Source: a virus
Taxonomy: Duplodnaviria > Caudoviricetes
IMG/VR virus record: IMGVR_UViG_3300005512_000010
Span: 26,749 to 90,748 of that record
Reading direction: 5' to 3' (one strand)
DNA length: 64,000 nucleotides
Shown here: positions 49,233-58,348 of the stretch, in pieces
How the letters are laid out: each line of letters starts with the position of its first letter
How positions within the stretch are numbered: the stretch's first letter is position 1
Notes under the pieces: model-generated
What the model saw: only the letters and a program-made list of their open reading frames with translations
The model's database searches: none
Told to the model about the DNA's origin: nothing
Program-made: the position numbers and the translations under genes

Positions 49233-49260
49233 GACACACCCCTATAGCTTTCAACTAACC

Positions 49261-49614
49261 ATGATCACGCATTCATTGGTCACCATTGCGCTGTCCTCCT
49301 CCGACGAGGTGAAGTCCGCCCTAGTCGTCCACAACCCCCCTTTCTACGTTGTTAACCGGTCAACCAGGTCCCTGTACCGAGTCGGAACAGACCGATTCCT
49401 ATCCTCAGTCCACGACCCCTACACAGGCGATCAGGTCAAGGTGGATAAAGTCCAGAACTACATCAGCTCACTCGATCTGGTCGGATCAGTATTTCACACC
49501 ATCTTCCTGGACGACGAAGAACTGCCATGCACCGAAACCGGGATAAGGTATAAACTAAAACCTAAGTCTCTCTCGACCTGGAGCAATGCTATGCTAGAGT
49601 TAACCTTTACCTAA
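49261..49614 (+). CDS. Hypothetical protein
   Basis: 117-aa ORF starting within repeat copy 2. Confidence 0.5.
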   Translation: MITHSLVTIALSSSDEVKSALVVHNPPFYVVNRSTRSLYRVGTDRFLSSVHDPYTGDQVKVDKVQNYISSLDLVGSVFHTIFLDDEELPCTETGIRYKLKPKSLSTWSNAMLELTFT

Positions 49615-49620
49615 CCCGCT

Positions 49621-50256
49621 GTGTCTAAAGTCGAATTAGTCTGGTCCACGCCCAATGGCGATCAACTCATCTCTAAGATGGCGAGAGTGAGTAATCCGAA
49701 GAACGAAAATAACACTGAGACGGCCCCGAGGCTGATCAGTTACCTGATCCGAAACCAGCACTGGTCGCCCTTCGAGATGGCTAGTATGTGTGTTCGGATC
49801 GAGACGGAGAGAGACATCAGTGCGCAGATAATTCGGCACAGGAGCTTTTCGTATCAAGAGTTTTCTACCCGCTACGCGGAAGTGGATAGGTGTCCGGCTA
49901 CGCCGGAGCTGAGGAGGCAGGATACCAAGAATAGGCAGAATTCTTTCCCTGATCTCGACCCTGATCTGGTCGATGAGTTTTCGGATAAGATGTCCGTCCA
50001 GATCGGTGCGGTTTGGAATCTCTACCGAGAGATGCTAGGCCTCGGCGTGGCCAAGGAGACGGCGAGAAGGATACTCCCCCTCTGCACCCCTACAACTCTC
50101 TACATGTGCGGCACTGTGAGGTCGTGGATCCACTATCTCGAGCTGAGGACTGGAATCGAGACGCAGCTCGAGCATAGAGAGGTGGCGTTGGCGGTGAGAG
50201 ATATTTTCGAGTCCGAATATCCCATGACTTCAGCGGCGACGAGATTACTGCAGTAA
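49621..50256 (+). CDS. thyX: Flavin-dependent thymidylate synthase
   Basis: ARVSNP, HWSPFEM, QIIRHRSFSYQEFSTRY (RHRX7S motif), RSWIHYLELR. Confidence 0.95.
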   Translation: MSKVELVWSTPNGDQLISKMARVSNPKNENNTETAPRLISYLIRNQHWSPFEMASMCVRIETERDISAQIIRHRSFSYQEFSTRYAEVDRCPATPELRRQDTKNRQNSFPDLDPDLVDEFSDKMSVQIGAVWNLYREMLGLGVAKETARRILPLCTPTTLYMCGTVRSWIHYLELRTGIETQLEHREVALAVRDIFESEYPMTSAATRLLQ

Positions 50257-50400
50257 TCTGTTGTCCGCCAACGTTTTTAAGATCGCCCGCATCGTCTCGT
50301 CGTGGTTGCGGGTCCCGAGTTCAGATTGAATTCGGGTAATTTCCCCGTGAATATATTCACCCACGGCGAGGGTTTTGTTTTTAGACTTTGATCTTGCCAT
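50245..50400 (-). CDS. Putative ribbon-helix-helix DNA-binding protein (51 aa)
   Basis: Hand-translated MARSKSKNKTLAVGEYIHGEITRIQSELGTRNHDETMRAIL...; not in the ORF track. Confidence 0.55.
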   Translation of the reverse strand: MARSKSKNKTLAVGEYIHGEITRIQSELGTRNHDETMRAILKTLADNRLLQ

Positions 50401-50452
50401 GAGGGATATAGGGATACTATGGAGAATCAGATTTTCGTTACTTTAAACTACT

Positions 50453-50623
50453 TTACTTCTCTACTCCTGATTCAGTTGACTCTAGGGGAGACTTGAAGTC
50501 ACCCAGTAGATAACTCAAAGCATCGTCATAGGTTCTTAGACGAAGCTTGTCTTTAATCTCCTCTATGCGAGAGTGTATCTCTGGAGACATTGCAATTGTT
50601 TTTGTCAGGGTTTTGGATCTCAT
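50453..50623 (-). CDS. Putative ribbon-helix-helix DNA-binding protein (56 aa)
   Basis: Hand-translated MRSKTLTKTIAMSPEIHSRIEEIKDKLRLRTYDDALSYLL...; ATGA overlap with the endonuclease stop; GTTGAAAGC at 50658-50650. Confidence 0.6.
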   Translation of the reverse strand: MRSKTLTKTIAMSPEIHSRIEEIKDKLRLRTYDDALSYLLGDFKSPLESTESGVEK

Positions 50624-51936
50624 AGGTTTTCCTTGGGCTTTACTACTCTGCTTTCAACTCTATTATAAGCTTTTAGGGTCTTTTTCAAGATTATCCAGCC
50701 TCTAGAGGTCTTCCTCTTACCAGACATTAGGTCATTAAAGGGGGTTAGATATATGCCGGTTTCCCCGTTAATCTCTTTTATCTCCTTGGAGGTCTTATCA
50801 AAGAAGATACCTTTTTCTTTGTGGTACCAGTTTGCTCTAGGTTCTGGAGACTTAGGACGCATATGCCCTTTGATGAACCAACCCTTATAAGACGTCTTTG
50901 GATTTCTAGCCACCTTTCTCAAACAGGTATCTTTTAAGTTTTGTTCGGGAAACATTTTGACGAGGTCTCCTGCGGAAGTGTTTAAAATTATTCCGTATTC
51001 TTCGTGCTCCCAGTCTAGCAGTTTGACGTTATTACTGGGTACATAGTGCTTATTTTTTAGTAAAGTCCAATGGTCATGAAACTTACTATTGCCTCGAGCA
51101 ACACTATTTAAATACTGTAACGACGTCTCTTTGAGACCAAAATTTTCTTTTATAAATCTGCAAGTCTGATTGAGTATCTCGCCGTGAACAGGATGATACC
51201 AGTCATGCCTTTTAACCCCTCTACGTTCTTTTTCTTTGGTTTTATTACCTAATAGACGCCACTCCTTGTAGGACAAAAGTTTTCCAGACATTACTGACCT
51301 TAATCCATTTATTTTTAAGTTGTCCTCCTCAAACATATTAACCATCTCTCTGCAAGTTTTCCCCAATACCTCGCCGTGATTAGGGTGATACCAATCCATT
51401 GGTTTTGGCGGTGATAACTTAGTGGGAAAAATCTCATTCTCCAGTAATCTCCACCCGTGGTAAAAATTCCTTTTGCCTTTAGACACTCCGAGTAAACCAA
51501 CAGGGTTTAAATTCTGTTCTGGATATAACTCTGATAGTTCTTTATGGGTAAGACCTTTTACCTCTCCAATTAACGGATGAAACCAATTCCTTCTCTTTCT
51601 CTTTAGTCTTTCATGCCTATGAAGTTGATCTCTGGCTTTTAGCTTCTCTGAGTGTTTTTTAGATACTCCTTCTCCTCCAGGATTAATGTTTCTTAGTGTA
51701 CCCCCTACTTCATACCCCTTCCTGCCAATTAACTTAATAAGTTTTCTTTCGTTTTCCAAAGCAAGTTCTTCTGTTATATTGTTATAAAGTATCACAATTC
51801 TTGATCTGCAACCAGGATGTGGAATAGTTCTTTTGGTTCTACAGTAGGGGCGATCCGGCCTGCCTTTTCCAATGTAGTAGAAGCTTCCATAGTCCTTGCG
51901 GAGGTATCCGTATACAACGAAATCAGTGTCTTCCAT
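50620..51936 (-). mobile_element. Free-standing GIY-YIG-like homing endonuclease with five tandem W.H..G repeats
   Basis: FVVYGYLR...YYIGKGRP.RP, NINPGGEG; paralogous to 44001-44975; AT-rich. Confidence 0.78.
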
Positions 51937-52205
51937 AATAAATAGATATCTATATAAGCTATCAACAGATATTTATAAGCTTTTTGAAATTTACCTGGTG
52001 CATTTTTACCCTCTGGGACTCCAAAAAACACCAGGTGTGGTGTCTATAATCAGAGGCCCCCACCCCGGGGGGGTGTGTAAGTGTTCGGCCCCCTTGGCAC
52101 ACGTATGTGTGCCAGTGATCTCTTTGGGCCGTTATGTCACAGTGCCGGGCGAGCGCTATGATTTAACCACGCAGGCGAATTGGCCCTGCACTGACAATCT
52201 GAACC

Positions 52206-52379
52206 ATGACCATCCCCAACCGCTCCTGGAGAGACCGTCGCGACTGGCGCGACGGTGTGCGTCGCTTCACGCGCACGGTTCAAACCGTGGAGCAGGCTAA
52301 GTGGGAAGAACAGCAGGCCTGGGAGGCAGCCTATGAGGCTGCCGCCGAGGAGTACATGTTCGAACGTCACTACTGGTGA
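52206..52379 (+). CDS. Small hypothetical protein (57 aa)
   Basis: Hand-translated MTIPNRSWRD...; sits between a cassette promoter and a terminator. Confidence 0.6.
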   Translation: MTIPNRSWRDRRDWRDGVRRFTRTVQTVEQAKWEEQQAWEAAYEAAAEEYMFERHYW

Positions 52380-52387
52380 CGCGAGTG

Positions 52388-52414
52388 GGGAGGCGAAAGC
52401 CTCCCTTTCTTTTT
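52388..52414 (+). terminator. Intrinsic terminator (identical 35-bp copy at 54314-54348)
   Basis: GGGAGGC-GAAA-GCCTCCC followed by TTTCTTTTT. Confidence 0.85.
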
Positions 52415-52559
52415 GTCAACCCTCCCCGACCTAACGGCCCAACACCACACCTGCCTTCGGCATATACACCTATCTTTGGGCCGTTAGGTAGGGTGGTTAT
52501 CGGTGTTCGCTATACTATGGGCATGCGGGCGAGACGGTCCCGCGCCGACAACCTGACTC

Positions 52560-52742
52560 ATGATCAGCATTGAAACTCTCGACGGCAAGATTCTCCGCGA
52601 TCAGCGCGGAACTTTCATGTACGGACCCGACTGGGAGATTACTCCCAGTGATTCCGCCCCCATACGATTCGGGCTTGCCGAAATGGTAGCCTACTGGGAG
52701 GACTGCTGCCAGTTCGGCACTTACGTTCTCCGGATCAAGTAA
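52560..52742 (+). CDS. Small hypothetical protein
   Basis: Cassette-bounded 60-aa ORF. Confidence 0.6.
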   Translation: MISIETLDGKILRDQRGTFMYGPDWEITPSDSAPIRFGLAEMVAYWEDCCQFGTYVLRIK

Positions 52743-52917
52743 TACGGGGGGGGGTCCCCCCCCTTTTTTTTTGTCAATTCCCTTACCTAACGGCCCAAGC
52801 AGTCAGCAGAGCACACGTATGTGTGCCAGTGATCTCTTTGGGCCGTTATGTCACAAGGTCTCGAGCTCGCTAAGATATGGGCATGCGAGGCACAGAGCTT
52901 CGCCCACAATCCGAATC

Positions 52918-53133
52918 ATGAACCACTTCTCTCAAGCTGTAGTCGCGATGACAATGGGGATCGCCACCGGCTTCCTGGGCGTAGGAGCCCTGGCCAATGG
53001 CATCGATGCCATCGAGGCACGCAAGTGCCCCGGGGTCACCCGGATCCGGGTGAATCATGTCCCCCTTTTGAAAGACTGGGGGACTTACGGGGTCTGCCCC
53101 AGGGGCGGGCTGGTCACCCCGCTCAAGCCGTGA
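52918..53133 (+). CDS. Small membrane protein with C..C pair
   Basis: N-terminal TM helix; start follows the cassette leader. Confidence 0.6.
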   Translation: MNHFSQAVVAMTMGIATGFLGVGALANGIDAIEARKCPGVTRIRVNHVPLLKDWGTYGVCPRGGLVTPLKP

Positions 53134-53301
53134 CCGGGGGGGGCTCAGCCCCCCTTCTGTCAACCCCCTAAGCTAACGGCCCAAGCAGTCAGCAGAGCAC
53201 ACGTACGTGTGCCAGTGATCTCTTTGGGCCGCTATGTCACAAGGTCTCGGGCTCGCTATGATATGGGCATGCGGGGCACAGAGCTCCGCCACAACCTGAC
53301 C

Positions 53302-53526
53302 ATGTACGACACTTACTCTCAAGCAGCTCTCGATGCTGCCGATGATCTCGGCACTTACGCTCAATCAGTTCTCGATGCGGCGGACGACTTTGGCTTTCTC
53401 AGCCCGGGCGATGCCAGGAAGCTGGTTGCGGATCACCATGTAATGTGGGAGGCCTGGCTGGCTGAAAAGCCGATGGCCGCGCTGGCTTGCGAGGCTCGCC
53501 CACTCCTTCACTGGCTGGGTTACTGA
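53302..53526 (+). CDS. Small hypothetical protein (LSPGD...LHWLGY family)
   Basis: Internal 14-aa duplication; paralog at 60446. Confidence 0.65.
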   Translation: MYDTYSQAALDAADDLGTYAQSVLDAADDFGFLSPGDARKLVADHHVMWEAWLAEKPMAALACEARPLLHWLGY

Positions 53527-53589
53527 TCAAGACGGGGAGGGAAACCTCCCCCCCCCTTTACCTACATTACTTCACAACCTTTTCTCATC

Positions 53590-53778
53590 ATGGTGAAAAA
53601 CATCGGACTCGCATCAGTTTATCTCGCCCTGGGCTTCCTGGCCTTTGTCGGCATAGAAGACGCGTTCTCGGCGAACGAGAGACGCCGTTGCAAGGCAATG
53701 ACGTCGACCCATAAGTTGGTCTCGCTCCGGTCAGTGACCGGAGACACAGATTACTGCGTTGATAAGCGCTACTTATGA
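53590..53778 (+). CDS. Small membrane protein with C..C pair
   Basis: TM helix followed by RC...GDTDYC; architecture like 52918. Confidence 0.6.
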   Translation: MVKNIGLASVYLALGFLAFVGIEDAFSANERRRCKAMTSTHKLVSLRSVTGDTDYCVDKRYL

Positions 53779-53950
53779 GACGGCAGGGAGGCTCCGGCCT
53801 CCCTTTTCGCGAAGAGAAAAGGTAACGGCCCAAGCAGTCAGCAGAGCACACGGACGTGTGCCAGCAATTCCTTTGGGCCGTTAGGTGATCCCGGACCCAG
53901 CCCGCTATGATGTTGGCATGCGGGACACAGAGTTCCGCCACAACCTGACC

Positions 53951-54307
53951 ATGAAACTTATTGAGATCAAGTCTAACAATGGGCAGACCTGGAAGGTCAT
54001 GCCCCGCTGGAAGGGCAAGAACGTGGCCGTCCACGCTCCCGTGGTGGACGGTGTCTGCGAGCGCAAGGATGACCAGTGGGTTATCACCCATCTGGAAAGC
54101 GGTTTCCATGCCGGAGGCTACTTTAAGGGTAGCCTCAGGGAAGCGCTGAAGTCAGCGAGACTCTGGGATGATGCCTTCTCGACAGTCTCCGAATCCACCG
54201 CTAGCATCTGGCCACTGGCCAGACAGTGGAAGCGGATTATCTCCCAGGGCAGGGCTGAGAGGCCTTGGAAGGATCTGGACACGGTGAGGCGGATCATGGC
54301 CGCCTGA
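53951..54307 (+). CDS. Hypothetical protein
   Basis: Cassette-bounded; WVITHLESG motif. Confidence 0.6.
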   Translation: MKLIEIKSNNGQTWKVMPRWKGKNVAVHAPVVDGVCERKDDQWVITHLESGFHAGGYFKGSLREALKSARLWDDAFSTVSESTASIWPLARQWKRIISQGRAERPWKDLDTVRRIMAA

Positions 54308-54492
54308 TCAGACGGGGAGGCGAAAGCCTCCCTTTCTTTTTGTCAACCTGCCCTGTCCTAACGGACCAAATCCCCTGTGCAGGCCCCTGGCCTGACTACG
54401 GTGATGGTTGGTCCGTTAGGGAGGCGAGCCTCCGGCTCGCGCTATACTATGGGCATGCGGGAGAGAACCGATCCCGCGCTCCAACTTGAACC

Positions 54493-54762
54493 ATGTCCAT
54501 GTACCGAATCGACCGCTACGAAACCAGCCCTGCCGACCCGGCTCAAGAGCTGGGCTTCTGCGACTGGATGGGAGGCCCGACCCTCTCCAACATCCGGGGT
54601 TGCCTGGTGGAAGGTGAACCGGGGCTGCGCCGATCCGCCCGTATCACTGGAGAGCCGGACACCTTTTTCAGCCAACCCGCCCAGGTGTCCATGTCCGGAC
54701 AGACAGTCCGGGGCTTCCTAACCGTTGAGGATGGAGTCTACACGTTCCACCCTAACAACTGA
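54493..54762 (+). CDS. Hypothetical protein
   Basis: Cassette-bounded 89-aa ORF (GEPDTFFSQPA). Confidence 0.65.
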   Translation: MSMYRIDRYETSPADPAQELGFCDWMGGPTLSNIRGCLVEGEPGLRRSARITGEPDTFFSQPAQVSMSGQTVRGFLTVEDGVYTFHPNN

Positions 54763-54936
54763 CCCGGGGGCCTTCGGGCCCCCTTCCTGTCAACCCCTTT
54801 CCCTAACGGACCATCGACAAGCCTGAGCACACCCCGTGTGCCAGCAATTCCTTTGGTCCGTTATGTCACCCCGACCCCGTCCCGCTATGATATTGGCATG
54901 CGGGAGAGAACCGATCCCGCGCAGCATTTTTTTTCA

Positions 54937-55281
54937 ATGTCCATCCCCACCTGCAACGAAATCGGCACGGCTCTGGAGCGTGCCGTAAGGGCCATCGCCA
55001 TCATCGCTGTAGCCTTCTACGTGGCCGGCGAGGTCTGCGGCCGGGCCATGTACCGGCTGAGCGATTGGCTTGTCAATCTCACACACAGGCCAGTCGATAC
55101 GCTATTAGGACTGATTCCCACTAAACCCAAGCCGGAACCTGTACTCCAACTCCTAGGAGCTCGGGTATTAAGCGATGAAGAATTAGAAGAAGAGATTAAG
55201 ATGTATGAGAAGAAGAAGAAGAAGCCACGTCCCGCTCGTAGGAGGAAGCCCAAGGTTACAAAAGTCGAGGCGAGGGTCTAA
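54937..55281 (+). CDS. Membrane protein with basic tail
   Basis: TM segment IAIIAVAFYVAG and Lys-rich C-terminus; cassette-bounded. Confidence 0.6.
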   Translation: MSIPTCNEIGTALERAVRAIAIIAVAFYVAGEVCGRAMYRLSDWLVNLTHRPVDTLLGLIPTKPKPEPVLQLLGARVLSDEELEEEIKMYEKKKKKPRPARRRKPKVTKVEARV

Positions 55282-55474
55282 CCTGCTCTCCCCTCGCTTC
55301 GCTCGGGGACCGTAGGGTCCCCGGTCCCTCTCCCCTCGCTTCGCTCGGGGACTTTCGGTCCCCTTGGGCCGTTAGCGAAGTGGGGGGTGCGCCAGGCCTC
55401 TAACGGCCCACAGTCCCCTTGCTATGATGTGGGAGTCGGCAGCCAAGCCGGCAGTCCACTTACATCTCAGATCC

Positions 55475-55732
55475 ATGGGTTATTTCCGATCCCCGCTCCT
55501 GGTCGATGGCCAGGTCAACAGCGAGGTCTTTAGCCTCCTGACCGACTCTCAGGTGGCCCGGTTGGCATGCTGGTCAATCCAGACTGGCAAGTCCGTCCCT
55601 GACATCCTGTCAGAGTCTAAGTTTGTTGCTGAGCAGGTGCATCAGGACTCTCATCAGCTCAGGCTGGTCGGACTCCTGTCCAACTGCAATCTCCACGGCT
55701 CTCTGGAGCCGGACGGCTCCTGCCATACCTGA
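55475..55732 (+). CDS. Hypothetical protein
   Basis: Cassette-bounded 85-aa ORF. Confidence 0.6.
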   Translation: MGYFRSPLLVDGQVNSEVFSLLTDSQVARLACWSIQTGKSVPDILSESKFVAEQVHQDSHQLRLVGLLSNCNLHGSLEPDGSCHT

Positions 55733-55874
55733 GCTCGCACAGGGGACCTTCGGTCCCCTTGGGCCGTTAGTAAAGCAGGACTGAAGCAGCGAACCCCTTC
55801 TAACGGCCCAAGATCGATTTGCTATGATTACGGTGTCGGCAACCAAGCCGATTGTCCCTTTACATCTCGATTCA

Positions 55875-56156
55875 ATGGCGACCATTCTCCACGCCTGTGC
55901 CAACAACGACATTAGCGGCAACCCGCAACGACTCTATCTACTTGTCGATGAGTCCGGCCTCATCCTAGCCACATGGGATGAGGGATACCTGGGCCATCAT
56001 GCCGTTCCCGGACCGTGGCGCAAAGACGCCTACAACGCGGAGCGTACTGAGATTAGTGTGGACTCCTACCGCTGGATACTGGAGAACACACTCCATCCGC
56101 AGTGGGCGCATGAAGTCCTGGGCTATGAACACCTGCGAGAGTGGGTGGCCGCCTGA
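55875..56156 (+). CDS. Hypothetical protein (CANND.NGNP family)
   Basis: Paralog of 60118-60465. Confidence 0.7.
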   Translation: MATILHACANNDISGNPQRLYLLVDESGLILATWDEGYLGHHAVPGPWRKDAYNAERTEISVDSYRWILENTLHPQWAHEVLGYEHLREWVAA

Positions 56157-56291
56157 AGGCGGGGAGGGGCAACCCCCCCCTTGGTCCGTTAGCGAAGTAG
56201 GTGGGTGCGCCAGGCCTCTAACGGCCCAAGCCAGGCTTGCTATAGTAACGGCATGAGCGGCACCGGATCGCTCTCAACCCAATCTGATTCC

Positions 56292-56546
56292 ATGTCCAAA
56301 CTGAACGGTCACTGCCGGTGGAGCTGCGAGCTCACGGATACGATGGCCGGTGAGGCCAACTATAGCTGGGTGCAGCGCGGCACCACGTTGGTACCGGATA
56401 GTGCATCTCGCCGAACCATTGTGAGACGCGTCAAGGCCGAGCTCGGACTAACCGGCACCCGCTGCCACACCATCGATCACGGCGACATGATCGAGCTCAG
56501 GCCGGCCGGCTCCTGCACGGTCGCGTTCGCCACCATAGAGTACTGA
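56292..56546 (+). CDS. Hypothetical protein (TDT.AGEANYSWV family)
   Basis: Cassette-bounded 84-aa ORF. Confidence 0.65.
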   Translation: MSKLNGHCRWSCELTDTMAGEANYSWVQRGTTLVPDSASRRTIVRRVKAELGLTGTRCHTIDHGDMIELRPAGSCTVAFATIEY

Positions 56547-56727
56547 ACCGGCACCGGGAGGTTTCGGCCTCCCTCCGAGTAGTGGCTATTGCCGGGGGGG
56601 GGCTTCCCCCCCCCCTTGGTCCGTTAGCGAAGTAGGTGGGTGCGCCAGGCCTCTAACGGCCCAAGATCGCTTTGCTATGATTACGGTGTCGGCAACCAAG
56701 CCGATTGTCCACCTACATCTCGACCCA

Positions 56728-57051
56728 ATGCGAAAAATCGAAACCAGCATGATCGCGGCCATGCGCTCGCGCTCTGAGCTTAAGAAAGATAACACGCAAG
56801 TGTTACAGGAAGAAAGCGGCTATGGCGAAGTCCGGCTCTTTGGCAACATAATCTGCCGCTTTAATTACAACAGGGGGATCATAAGCTTCGACGACTGCGG
56901 CTATCGGACTGCTACGACAAAGTCGAGATTGAATGCTATCATCCACGCATTCACGAAGCCAGGTCAGGGAATCTACCAGAAAGACTCTAAGTGGTTCTGG
57001 AAAGATGGGGAGGAATGGGATGGAGGGGGAATGGCCAGGTTCCTGGTCTGA
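56728..57051 (+). CDS. Hypothetical cyanophage-type protein (MRKIE...TTKSRLNA)
   Basis: Cassette-bounded; motif pattern recalled from cyanophage small proteins. Confidence 0.65.
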   Translation: MRKIETSMIAAMRSRSELKKDNTQVLQEESGYGEVRLFGNIICRFNYNRGIISFDDCGYRTATTKSRLNAIIHAFTKPGQGIYQKDSKWFWKDGEEWDGGGMARFLV

Positions 57052-57166
57052 CCCCCCCGGGGAGGCTAACGCCTCCCCTTGGGCCGTTAGGTGACCGATC
57101 CCCCACCCCCTATGATGTGGGGGCGGCGCAAGCTGCGTCGCATGTCCACTTTCTAAACCCTGACCC

Positions 57167-57520
57167 ATGGCTGTCTACCTGAACACCTACGAAACACACG
57201 AAGCCTACGGCGGCCCTGAGGAGGGCGGCTGGTGGTACTCCTGTGGGACTCCTGTCCAATCAGTCTTCATCAGTGATGAGGATTACGATGAGTGGCTGGA
57301 CTCTGCCGATCCGGATGAAATGTATGAGATGCGGACCGGGGCGACACTGCGTTACACGCAGGGCAAGGCGCCGACTCCGATCCGAAACGGTAGCGGTGGC
57401 TACAGTTTTATGGTGGGCGATGACACGCCAACATCATACCGTGAGGAGAATAGCTTCACTTCGTGCTTTGAGGAGCATTATGGCATTCCCTTCCCCCAGG
57501 AACGCCCGGAGTACTGCTGA
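57167..57520 (+). CDS. Hypothetical acidic protein (YGGPEEGGWWY family)
   Basis: Cassette-bounded 117-aa ORF. Confidence 0.65.
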   Translation: MAVYLNTYETHEAYGGPEEGGWWYSCGTPVQSVFISDEDYDEWLDSADPDEMYEMRTGATLRYTQGKAPTPIRNGSGGYSFMVGDDTPTSYREENSFTSCFEEHYGIPFPQERPEYC

Positions 57521-57674
57521 GTGAGTAGTTCGGGACTCGGAGGCTCTGCCTCCGTTCCCTGGTCCGTTAGCAGCGATAGGGGGTGGGGGCCAGGCTAACG
57601 GCCCAGCCCCTCTGCGCTATGATTACGGTGTCGGCAGCCAACCAGGCCGACAGTTCCACTGCAACCAGATCCAC

Positions 57675-58103
57675 ATGCGTCTTTCTACCGCCAACAACTA
57701 CGTGGGAGTTGCTCTCTCACAACTGGACTCCGAGTTCCGTTCGGCCCTGTTCTATCACCCCAATGTGGCTGAGCTATCTCAAAGATTTAACACAATCATT
57801 ACGGGGCAACCGTTCTACACTTCCCTCCCCCAATGGGCAAAGACCCGCCTCTGGGTGTATCGTGGCGAACTCTTTAAGCGGATCAACCGGGATCACGTCA
57901 TCCAGCTCTATTGTCTGCCTGACGGCAGGAGAATGATTCCGAAAGGATCGTGGGATTCCTTTGGTGAAGAGCTCAGGCAGCGAGTAAGGGATGAAGGTAC
58001 AGTGCCGCTCAAAACATTCTGGCTCGATGTCAAGGAATCCTGCGACCAGGAGGGGGTCGTGACCCGGGTCAGCACGCCGACAGAGGATGTGTTCTTCGGA
58101 TAA
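57675..58103 (+). CDS. Hypothetical protein
   Basis: Cassette-bounded 142-aa ORF. Confidence 0.65.
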   Translation: MRLSTANNYVGVALSQLDSEFRSALFYHPNVAELSQRFNTIITGQPFYTSLPQWAKTRLWVYRGELFKRINRDHVIQLYCLPDGRRMIPKGSWDSFGEELRQRVRDEGTVPLKTFWLDVKESCDQEGVVTRVSTPTEDVFFG

Positions 58104-58348
58104 AAAAAAAGGGGGGGGGCCTCCCCTCGCTTCTCTCGGGAAGGCTAACGCCTTCCCTTGGGCCGTTAGTAAAGCAGGACTGAAGCAGCGAACCCCTTCT
58201 AACGGCCCAAGATCGCTTTGCTATGATTACGGTGTCGGCAACCAAGCCGATTGTCCACCTACATCTCAACCCAATGCGAAAAATCGAAACCAGCATGATC
58301 GCGGCCTGGCTTGCGAGGCTCGCCCACTCCTTCACTGGCTGTCGACCG

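Noticed and set aside
52412-54790. Minus-strand TTGACA (from TTGTCAAC) as antisense -35 promoters
   Set aside because: The position 17 nt downstream falls in GC terminator stems with no -10-like hexamer.
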